A stretch of 38,147 bases of DNA, from IMG/VR virus record IMGVR_UViG_3300032225_000852, positions 1 through 38,147 of that record; one strand, written 5' to 3'. Shown here piece after piece: positions 8,171-15,750 of the stretch (positions within the stretch are counted from its first letter, which is position 1; every line of letters begins with the position of its first letter). The notes beneath the pieces were generated by a model, which was not told the DNA's origin, did not search any database, and saw only the letters and a list, made by a program, of their open reading frames with translations. The position numbers were made by a program, and so were the translations under genes. This DNA comes from a virus (Duplodnaviria; Caudoviricetes).

Positions 8171-8824
8171 ATGAGTTTTTATGTAGAAGATAAGGGCGGT
8201 AATTTTGAGCGTTGCCCCGCTGGTATGCACCTCGCACGGTGCTATCGAATCGTTGATCTGGGCACTCAGAAGTCTGAGTATATGGGTCAGGTCAAGTACC
8301 TCCACAAGATCATGCTTGGCTGGGAAATCCACGGCATGCATGACGACGGCACACCGCTGAAAATGATGGACGGTCGCCCGTTTGGAATCTTTAAAAACTA
8401 CACGCTATCTTGGTCTGAAAAAGCCAACTTGCGTCTTGACCTTCAGTCATGGCGCGGTAAGCCTTTCACTCAGGAAGAGATGCGCAAATTTGACTTGAAA
8501 AACGTTCTTGGTGCATGGTGCATGCTCAACATCATTGAGCGCCCCGGCAAATCCGATGGCAAGTTGTACACCAACGTGGACGGCGTGACCCCTGTGCCTT
8601 CAATGATCAAACAGAACGGCTTGCCTACAGCAGTCAACCCCAACGAGTTGTTCAAGATCGATGACCCAGACATGGTGATGTTTGACAAGTTTAGCGATCA
8701 CCTCAAGGCCAAGATTGCCGCATCACCTGAGTGGCAGAAATTGCAAGAAAAGGCACCTGCGCCAGCACCTCAGGCCGAGCCTGCAAAGCCAACATTTGAT
8801 GAAGATGATGACATCCCCTTTTGA
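8171..8824 (+). CDS. putative single-stranded DNA-binding / replication protein
   Basis: PAG-x-HLARCY-x-x-VDLG N-terminus; acidic DDDIPF C-terminal tail typical of SSBs; AAGGA RBS. Confidence 0.75.
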   Translation: MSFYVEDKGGNFERCPAGMHLARCYRIVDLGTQKSEYMGQVKYLHKIMLGWEIHGMHDDGTPLKMMDGRPFGIFKNYTLSWSEKANLRLDLQSWRGKPFTQEEMRKFDLKNVLGAWCMLNIIERPGKSDGKLYTNVDGVTPVPSMIKQNGLPTAVNPNELFKIDDPDMVMFDKFSDHLKAKIAASPEWQKLQEKAPAPAPQAEPAKPTFDEDDDIPF

Positions 8825-9177
8825 TCATGGAGCACTTATTGCAACTCATTGCTGAAAATCCGGAGCAGTTCAGCGATGACTTCATTGAGTGGCTCCCTGC
8901 AAACGAGCACATATGGGACGCATTTGTTGCAGAAGCAATGAAGGTACGTGCTCGTGGACGAACACACTACTCCAGCTACACCATTGTCGAGTTTTTGAGA
9001 CATCACTCGATGGTGCAAGAAGTTGGTGGCATGTGGAAGATCAACAACAACCACCGGCCTTACCTGCCACGGTTGTTTGATCTCCGATTCCCGCATATGG
9101 CAGGCATGTTTGAGTATCGGACGTTGACCAAACCAAAGCGCGGTCGATTTGAAGAAGACAACGGTTTTATTTATTAA
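8821..9177 (+). CDS. hypothetical phage protein
   Basis: HYSS..IVE.LRHH...KINNN; overlaps the upstream stop. Confidence 0.75.
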   Translation: MIMEHLLQLIAENPEQFSDDFIEWLPANEHIWDAFVAEAMKVRARGRTHYSSYTIVEFLRHHSMVQEVGGMWKINNNHRPYLPRLFDLRFPHMAGMFEYRTLTKPKRGRFEEDNGFIY

Positions 9178-9188
9178 GGAGGTGTGAG

Positions 9189-9392
9189 ATGTTTATCTCA
9201 AAAGCAGAAAAAGAAGACTTGTTCTACCGCATAGCAGTGCTGGAGCAAACGGTTCTGTCGCTCAAGAATTCATTGGCCTACAAGCCAGAGACCAAGAGCA
9301 CCAAGGGCCGCACATGGAGCCCGGAGCAACGCGCTCAAGCATCTGAGCAAATGAAGAAAATTTGGATGAAAAAAAAGGAACCAAGAAAATGA
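9189..9392 (+). CDS. small protein with NUMOD3-like basic motif
   Basis: AAGGAGG RBS; GRTWSPEQRAQASEQMK. Confidence 0.65.
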   Translation: MFISKAEKEDLFYRIAVLEQTVLSLKNSLAYKPETKSTKGRTWSPEQRAQASEQMKKIWMKKKEPRK

Positions 9393-10177
9393 GCACAATC
9401 ATCGCTAGATCAGCAGAGTCCGTCCACTGGTACAAGCAGGATGGCGGCCCACAGTACACCGTGAAGGCAAAGGACGGCTCAGACCGCCCTACGACCCTCA
9501 GGGACGCACGAAAGATGGATTTGGTACCGTCGGTTACCACCGTCATGAAAATCGCCGCCAAGCCCGGTTTAGAGCAGTGGAAGCTGGAGCAAATGCTCTT
9601 GGCCGCCATGACCTTGCCGCAGTTGGATGGTGAGCCAGAAAAGGCCTACATCGCACGCATCGTGGCCGACTCGAAAGAGACCGGCAAACAAGCCGCTGAG
9701 TTGGGCACCCGCATCCACGAATCGATTGAAGGCTGGATGCAAGGTGTGCGCCCTGTTGAGCACGAAGAGATGGCCAAGGCGTTTGAAGAATCCATCTTCA
9801 ACCACTTCAAGACCCATCCCTTCCAGCCATGGCTTACAGAGCGTTCATTTGCATCGCCTTTGGGTTTTGGTGGCAAGGTTGACTTGTACTGCGTGGCCGA
9901 TGAGCACGCGCCCGTTGGCATCGTGCTTGACGCCAAGTCAAAGGATTTTGGGCCCGACGACAAGATTGACGCCTACGACGAACACCTTATGCAATTGGCG
10001 GCCTACCGCCATGGCTTAGAGGTACCTCATGCACGTTGTGCAAACGTGTTTGTCTCTCGCACCCACCCCGGCCTCGTGAAGGTCGTAGAGTGGCCAGAGG
10101 ACGAACTGGTGAAGGGCTGGGAGATGTTCCAGTCATTACTTCGTTTTTGGAAATTGAAAAACAACTTTGGAGTTTGA
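9389..10177 (+). CDS. PD-(D/E)xK exonuclease (Cas4/RecB-like phage nuclease)
   Basis: PSVTT, GTRIH, GGKVD, LDAKS and QLAAY motifs; start moved to the ATGA overlap at 9389. Confidence 0.85.
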   Translation: MSTIIARSAESVHWYKQDGGPQYTVKAKDGSDRPTTLRDARKMDLVPSVTTVMKIAAKPGLEQWKLEQMLLAAMTLPQLDGEPEKAYIARIVADSKETGKQAAELGTRIHESIEGWMQGVRPVEHEEMAKAFEESIFNHFKTHPFQPWLTERSFASPLGFGGKVDLYCVADEHAPVGIVLDAKSKDFGPDDKIDAYDEHLMQLAAYRHGLEVPHARCANVFVSRTHPGLVKVVEWPEDELVKGWEMFQSLLRFWKLKNNFGV

Positions 10178-10178
10178 A

Positions 10179-10391
10179 ATGGCAGAACGTATTTATGTAG
10201 TCGGTGGCCCCACAGGTATCCACCTTGTTAATTCATCCACCAAGCAAGGTGCAATTGCTTACGTGTCCCACAACGTCTACAAAGCCACTGTAGCCACCCA
10301 AAATGATTTGGTTGAACTGATTGGTAAGGGCGTAAAGGTCGAGCATGCTAAAGCACAAAACATGAACTTAAATTTTGAGGAGCCCAAATGA
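10179..10391 (+). CDS. hypothetical protein
   Basis: GGAG RBS before MAERIY. Confidence 0.75.
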   Translation: MAERIYVVGGPTGIHLVNSSTKQGAIAYVSHNVYKATVATQNDLVELIGKGVKVEHAKAQNMNLNFEEPK

Positions 10392-10630
10392 CCATCAAAA
10401 AAGAAGATATCTTTCAGGCCTTCTTTGGTGCCGGTCTTGAGGGTGACTACAACTTCCTCGAAGACGACCTGATCAAGCTATGCACGGTCTTTGGTGAGTT
10501 ACGCGACAACGAACTCAATGAGCGGGTCTACAAAGCCACTCAGCAAGAGCGCGCCCGTTGCGTGGAGTTTGTGCGCAGTCTTAACCCGGCTGTTGCGCAG
10601 GCACTGGCAGACAAGAAGGGCCCACTGTGA
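10388..10630 (+). CDS. hypothetical protein (80 aa)
   Basis: GAGGAG RBS; ATGA overlap. Confidence 0.75.
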   Translation: MTIKKEDIFQAFFGAGLEGDYNFLEDDLIKLCTVFGELRDNELNERVYKATQQERARCVEFVRSLNPAVAQALADKKGPL

Positions 10631-10696
10631 AATACGTATGGGCGTTTTTTGTTCTTTACGTGATCAGCTTCGCCCTGTACGTGTATCTTGACGTTT

Positions 10697-10735
10697 AAAA
10701 AAAGAGCCCCCTCAGGGGGGTATCCGAGGGGGCTC
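10697..10735 (-). terminator. intrinsic terminator of the late operon at the convergence point
   Basis: 10-bp stem GAGCCCCCTC/GAGGGGGCTC followed by U7 on the minus strand. Confidence 0.85.
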
Positions 10736-10784
10736 AAACATGGGCAACTGCAATGCCCTCACGCCGGGGAGACGGCCAACGTGA

Positions 10785-12146
10785 CTATGGAATCGGGTTG
10801 CCCATGAGGTCAACATTCATGAGCATCCGATCCGTGTCTTCTCTCGTCGCGTTCTTTCGACGTTCATTCAATGCTTTCAATCCTTCGTAGCCTTGGTAGG
10901 CCAACTCAGGTGCCTGCAACACAAGGCCAGCGGCTTGAGTAACGCCAAATGGCAACATGCTCAGGGCACCGCCAGCACCGCTTGCAAACTGCGCCGCATT
11001 ACGTGCAGTTGGCATGTGCAGTCCTTTGTTGTGATAGTCGTACTCTTTGAATGCGTCGTACAACTGTGATCCAGCTAAAGCGCCACCTAAAGCACCTACA
11101 CCCACACGAGCAACTGAGGGCAAAGCACCCTTGACTAATTCGCCTGCTTGAACGGCTTGATCTGCCGCACGAGTAAGCACTGTGGGGTTGTGTGTGTACG
11201 CAGACAAGTCAATTGGTGCCTTGCCGGGCGTTGTGGTGAAGATTTGACGTGGTTGACCAGTCTTTGGATCAATCGATGTTGTTTTTGCCACCCGCTCTGC
11301 CGGTGTGCCTTTGATGCTGGCCAAGGCATCTTGCACCTCAGACATAGTGCGAACGGGGGTGCCACCAGCAATCTTTTCTAATTCTTTCAATGGAACGCGA
11401 AGGTCTGGTGCAATCTGACTGTTGAGATACCGTTGAAGGCTTGCACGGCTTTGAGGCTTGTTCATGTACTCAGTATTGCCAGTCGCCTTGTTGTACAGCG
11501 ATTGAATCAAAGGAAGGGCCCTTTTGCCCGTTTCAATGCTTCCCGCTATCTGAGCCCCAGTTGCGGCTCCAATGCCGCCCATGATCACGTTTTCGGGCGA
11601 TCCTGCGGCTGATGATGCGGGTATGGGCTTACCTTTACCCTCATCTTCGCCGGGTTTAGACGAATCGGCTTCTGCCGTCTCTGTTTTTTCTGATTCAGCC
11701 GCTTTTTCGCCAGTGGACACATTGGGCAGAGCACCGCCGTAATAAGTAGAAACCTTGTCCATGTGGTTGATGGTTTCGTCAGGCAAGTCTTCAATCTTTC
11801 CGCTGGTAAAGTATTTGGTATTTGGGCCAGCGTTGTACCCAGACAGAACTTTGTATGGATCATTTCCAATGTGTTTTTTTGACACCAAATCACTAAGAAT
11901 TTCCATACCACAATCTATGTTCTGATCGAGGTCTTTTGGATTTTTGCATTTATAAAAATCAGCAGTATCTTGCGTGATTTGCATCACACCCATTGCACCT
12001 TTTTTTGACTCAGCCTTAGGATTAAATCCACTTTCAGCCATGACCATAGGAAGCACAAAGTCGGGATTCAATCCCTTCTCTTTTGCTTTCTTTGCAACCT
12101 TCTCTGCTACATCAAGTTGCTCATCAGTCAGTTTGGATAAATCCAT
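10785..12146 (-). CDS. virion-associated lytic transglycosylase (SLT domain), putative ejection protein
   Basis: AESGFNP.A.S..GAMGVMQI and YNAG motifs; Gly/Ala-rich hydrophobic C-terminal helices. Confidence 0.85.
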   Translation of the reverse strand: MDLSKLTDEQLDVAEKVAKKAKEKGLNPDFVLPMVMAESGFNPKAESKKGAMGVMQITQDTADFYKCKNPKDLDQNIDCGMEILSDLVSKKHIGNDPYKVLSGYNAGPNTKYFTSGKIEDLPDETINHMDKVSTYYGGALPNVSTGEKAAESEKTETAEADSSKPGEDEGKGKPIPASSAAGSPENVIMGGIGAATGAQIAGSIETGKRALPLIQSLYNKATGNTEYMNKPQSRASLQRYLNSQIAPDLRVPLKELEKIAGGTPVRTMSEVQDALASIKGTPAERVAKTTSIDPKTGQPRQIFTTTPGKAPIDLSAYTHNPTVLTRAADQAVQAGELVKGALPSVARVGVGALGGALAGSQLYDAFKEYDYHNKGLHMPTARNAAQFASGAGGALSMLPFGVTQAAGLVLQAPELAYQGYEGLKALNERRKNATREDTDRMLMNVDLMGNPIP

Positions 12147-12154
12147 GCTTCACC

Positions 12155-13642
12155 TCAAGGGTTTTGTTTTTTTGCGGCTTCTCGTTTGGCTCTCTCGGCT
12201 TTGATGGCATCAAGGGTCAAATTTGAAGTGCTCTGTGCTGGAGCAGGCTTGTTGGACACTTTGCCAGCCGCAGGGTTGTAAACAGCCTCTGAACGAACAT
12301 CTAATGGATTTGATGTTGCAATTTCACGGTACTTCTTTGCCTGCTCTTTGCGCAAGTCAAGATACTCTTCGTTGTCTTCCAAACGGCCGTAGGGAATCTT
12401 TTTCTCTTTGGCAAATTTGTAGCGTTCTTGCGTGGCCTTTTCGGTGTGCGCCATCAAGTCAACTAAGGTCACCAATGCAGACTGGCTGTTGCCAATGTTT
12501 GGCGTCGAAGTCTGTTGCAATTCCATAAACGCATTAGTCGGGTTGAGTGCCGCGCCACGCAGAGCAACTTGGTTCTCAGCCAACATCTTGACTAGCACTT
12601 GGAACTTGTTCTTGGCCTCTTCGGACATGCCAATCTGGCGTGCGTACACATCGATGTCTTTGAGCGTATCGCCCAACTTGCCATCTGCCGCCGCACGTGC
12701 AAACACTTCCATCGGATTGTTGCCGCCAAATTTGTTGAGCAAAGCACCAATCTGTTCTTGGCCGCTGACCTTTTTGCCGTCCGGTGCCACAGAGTCTGGA
12801 AGACCAACACCCAAAGACAAGTCGCGGATTGAGCCCAACAACTTCAATCGATCTGGAGCGGCATCTGCACGTTGACGCATGATTTCCTCGACGCTCATGC
12901 CTTTCTCGCGCTGTTCGCGTGCATAGTTTGCTGAGGCTTCCATCTTGTCGTAACGTGACATTGATGCCCACTGTGTAGGATCGACTTGAGGAGGGCGCGC
13001 CGCATCCACCGCCTTGATAAATTCTGCCTGCTTGGCTTGCGCAGTTTTGGGGTCTGCGTTTGAACTTATCTGGAATTTTGCAAAGTCGTCCAATTGCAAT
13101 AACGGGTCTTTGCCCATTGCCGCAGTTGCCGCTGTAGTGATTTCCAAGCCCTTCTGTGCGCCCTCGTAATAAGCCTTGGCGGCTTGCGCAATAGGCGTGC
13201 TGTCACCCAGTGATGTAATGCGGCTGTAAGTTGTTGCATCCATTGGAGCAACCTTGCCATCTGGCCCAGTATTCTTGGCCAACCAATCTTGATAGATTTT
13301 GTTTTGCTGTTGCTTTTGAGACAACAACATGTTGGCTTGCTCCATCTGCACTTTCATCTGTGCAATAGGCAATTGCTGTTCACGCTGTTGCTCGACGTTT
13401 TCACCCATGGCTTCTGACGCGCTACCAAGGGACGCAAGGAAGCCACCGAGTTGCGGTTTTGCAAACCCAGCGGCCACTTTCCACCAGTTCGGCTCTTCGT
13501 AGCGTTTTTGCAGTGCCTTGACTTGCTCGTCAAGCGTGTCGCGGTATTTTTGAATTGACTCCTCTGGCATTTCGGCAGGGTTGATGTTGCCGAGACCGCC
13601 AGCAAAGCTGTAGTCCTGTGTTTTGCGTGATGGTTCAGCCAT
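12155..13642 (-). CDS. putative DNA ejection / internal virion protein
   Basis: Helical, Ala/Gln-rich; lies between other ejection-like genes. Confidence 0.65.
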   Translation of the reverse strand: MAEPSRKTQDYSFAGGLGNINPAEMPEESIQKYRDTLDEQVKALQKRYEEPNWWKVAAGFAKPQLGGFLASLGSASEAMGENVEQQREQQLPIAQMKVQMEQANMLLSQKQQQNKIYQDWLAKNTGPDGKVAPMDATTYSRITSLGDSTPIAQAAKAYYEGAQKGLEITTAATAAMGKDPLLQLDDFAKFQISSNADPKTAQAKQAEFIKAVDAARPPQVDPTQWASMSRYDKMEASANYAREQREKGMSVEEIMRQRADAAPDRLKLLGSIRDLSLGVGLPDSVAPDGKKVSGQEQIGALLNKFGGNNPMEVFARAAADGKLGDTLKDIDVYARQIGMSEEAKNKFQVLVKMLAENQVALRGAALNPTNAFMELQQTSTPNIGNSQSALVTLVDLMAHTEKATQERYKFAKEKKIPYGRLEDNEEYLDLRKEQAKKYREIATSNPLDVRSEAVYNPAAGKVSNKPAPAQSTSNLTLDAIKAERAKREAAKKQNP

Positions 13643-13645
13643 GGA

Positions 13646-15748
13646 TTAACCTTTCTTGGATGGCAAAGCGCCACGTGAGTAAGTTGATGCGCAACCTTTA
13701 AAACCACGTGCTTTGGACTTGATCAAGCCGCCTTCGGCCGCGCAAGTACAGCAACAGCAACAGTCACAGCATGAACAGCAATCGCACTTACAACCGCCGC
13801 CACCACCACCGCCCTTAAAGATGTCTTTAAGTCCTGATTTGATACCGGGAAAACACTTTATGAGGGCTTTTCCTGCGCTTCCTATAGCGCCCAAACCAGA
13901 CAGTGGAGACATGTCTAAAGTAGTTTTCGTGCCAGTTGGGATGCTGTAGCCTTGAAGCAGGCTTCCAAGCGATTGCAATTTGGTGAGGGGATAGTTTTGC
14001 TTGTTTTGCTCGATGGTCTGTTGTTGGCCACCAAGGGTTGACAGTGCGTTGATACAAGCCAAGTTCATGTTGGCACCAGTTTGTGCCAAGTTGCCTGCGT
14101 TTACGCCTGCTTGATTCAGCAAGTTGCCTTGGTTTGCCGCCGCTTGCGATGCAGTCTGCGCCGCAGTGAGGTTGGCCTGATTCTGTTGTGCTTGAGCATT
14201 GGCCGCAGTCGATCCCAAGTTGGATGCAATGGTGTTTGCACCCTGTTGCAAGGCACCAAGATTTTGGCCTGCATTGATCTGATTTTGCGCCTGCTGGTTG
14301 GTCAAGTTGCCAGCGGTCGATCCCAAGTTGCCCAACAGGTTTGCTTGTTGCTGAGTCAGGGTTCCCTGCACGTTGCCTGCATTGATCAAATTCTGTTGTT
14401 GCTGGCCAGTCAACGAGCCAGCAGTCTGTCCTAATTGGCCAAGCAACGAGGCTTGTTGTTGCCCCAAAGTTCCAGCAGTGTTTGCGGCATTCAGGATGTT
14501 TTGCTGTTGTTGTGAGGTCAATGTTCCTGCGGTTTGACCTGCTTGGGCAAGCAATGATTGTTGCTGTTGGCCAAGCGTGCCTGCGGTGTTGGCCGCATTG
14601 AGGATGTTTTGTTGCTTTTGGTTCGACAAGGTTCCAGAGGTCTGGCCCAACTGGCCAAGCAAAGAAGCCTGTTGTTGAGCCAAAGTTCCTGCGGTGTTGC
14701 CTGCGTTCGCAATCAAAGCGTTTTGCTTGCCAGCGGCGCACAAAGCCTGTCCATAGCCCTGAGACATCATCTGGGCAATCTGGTTGTTCAAGTCTTGCTG
14801 TGCTTGAGCAGTGATTTGGCCTTGCACCTGAGCGCCGCGCTGTGATCCAAACTGGCCAGAGCCAACGGCCGCCGCCGCCGCTTGAGGCGACAGGTTCTGA
14901 CGGATGTTGCGCTGGGCAATATCAGACATTGATTGCACCGCAGTCTTGAGGTACGGGTTCATGTAAGAAGCCGCTAAATCAGCAGGGCTGTTTTCAACGG
15001 CCTTTTGCAAGTAGGGGTCGGCCGCGCTTAAGCCACCGCTTGTAGCGGCTTGTTTGAGGTACGGGTCTGCCGATGCGTTTGCGTTTACGGCCATGCCTTG
15101 GTCAAGGTAAGGGTTCGCTTGGCAGATGCCGCCCTTTGCCGTGGCTCGGGTCAAATAACTGTTTGCCGCATCTGGGGCGCAAATGGCTGTGCCTTTGTCC
15201 AGCAAAGGTTGTGCGTTGTTGATCCCGCCGCTGGTTGCCGCTTTGGACAAATACGGATTGGCCGCAGTGACCGAATTCATGCCAGTTGCTGTGTCGATGT
15301 TTTCTGACGCAACAGCGGCCGCGCAAGTGTTTCCTGCCCGGCCAAGGTAGCCAGTTGCAGAAGACAAGCCAGAGAGGCCAGCGCCCTTGTTTATCAAGCA
15401 TTGACCAGCCTTGTAGCCAGTCGTACACATGGCCGTCTTGGCGTAGGGGCTGAGTGCATCCAGTGGGCTAGAGCCAGTGCCTGCTTTTAGGTAAGGGGCC
15501 GCCGCGCCCGTGATGTCTTGCTTGGCGGCTTGACCTACCAGACCTTGGCCAGTTGTGATGCCTGCCTGTTGGTTGCCAAAATTGGTTGCAACTTTGCAAA
15601 ACGCTTCAGTTTGTAAAGGCTGGGCCCCTGCAAACTGCGCTTGATCAGAGGCTGTTTTTCCTTGACTCGCAAGGTTACTCAGGTAGTCGGTGTAATAACC
15701 CGGCGCTGTCGTTTGTTTGTTTTGCGAGGATTCCAGTAAGTTTGCCAT
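13646..15748 (-). CDS. putative ejection (pilot) protein with Gln/Ala/Gly repeats and poly-Cys tail
   Basis: YMNPY and GQFGSQR motifs; ~18-aa repeats; GGGGGGGCKCDCCSCCDCCCCCTC near the C-terminus. Confidence 0.7.
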   Translation of the reverse strand: MANLLESSQNKQTTAPGYYTDYLSNLASQGKTASDQAQFAGAQPLQTEAFCKVATNFGNQQAGITTGQGLVGQAAKQDITGAAAPYLKAGTGSSPLDALSPYAKTAMCTTGYKAGQCLINKGAGLSGLSSATGYLGRAGNTCAAAVASENIDTATGMNSVTAANPYLSKAATSGGINNAQPLLDKGTAICAPDAANSYLTRATAKGGICQANPYLDQGMAVNANASADPYLKQAATSGGLSAADPYLQKAVENSPADLAASYMNPYLKTAVQSMSDIAQRNIRQNLSPQAAAAAVGSGQFGSQRGAQVQGQITAQAQQDLNNQIAQMMSQGYGQALCAAGKQNALIANAGNTAGTLAQQQASLLGQLGQTSGTLSNQKQQNILNAANTAGTLGQQQQSLLAQAGQTAGTLTSQQQQNILNAANTAGTLGQQQASLLGQLGQTAGSLTGQQQQNLINAGNVQGTLTQQQANLLGNLGSTAGNLTNQQAQNQINAGQNLGALQQGANTIASNLGSTAANAQAQQNQANLTAAQTASQAAANQGNLLNQAGVNAGNLAQTGANMNLACINALSTLGGQQQTIEQNKQNYPLTKLQSLGSLLQGYSIPTGTKTTLDMSPLSGLGAIGSAGKALIKCFPGIKSGLKDIFKGGGGGGGCKCDCCSCCDCCCCCTCAAEGGLIKSKARGFKGCASTYSRGALPSKKG

Positions 15749-15750
15749 TT

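Noticed and set aside
9389-10177. Cas4 as part of a CRISPR system
   Set aside because: No other cas genes, no array and no four-Cys cluster; it fits an ordinary phage PD-(D/E)xK nuclease.
10627-10691. Tiny ORF after 10630 and small hairpins at 10742-10785
   Set aside because: Too short to support; most likely 3' UTR structure around the convergent terminator.
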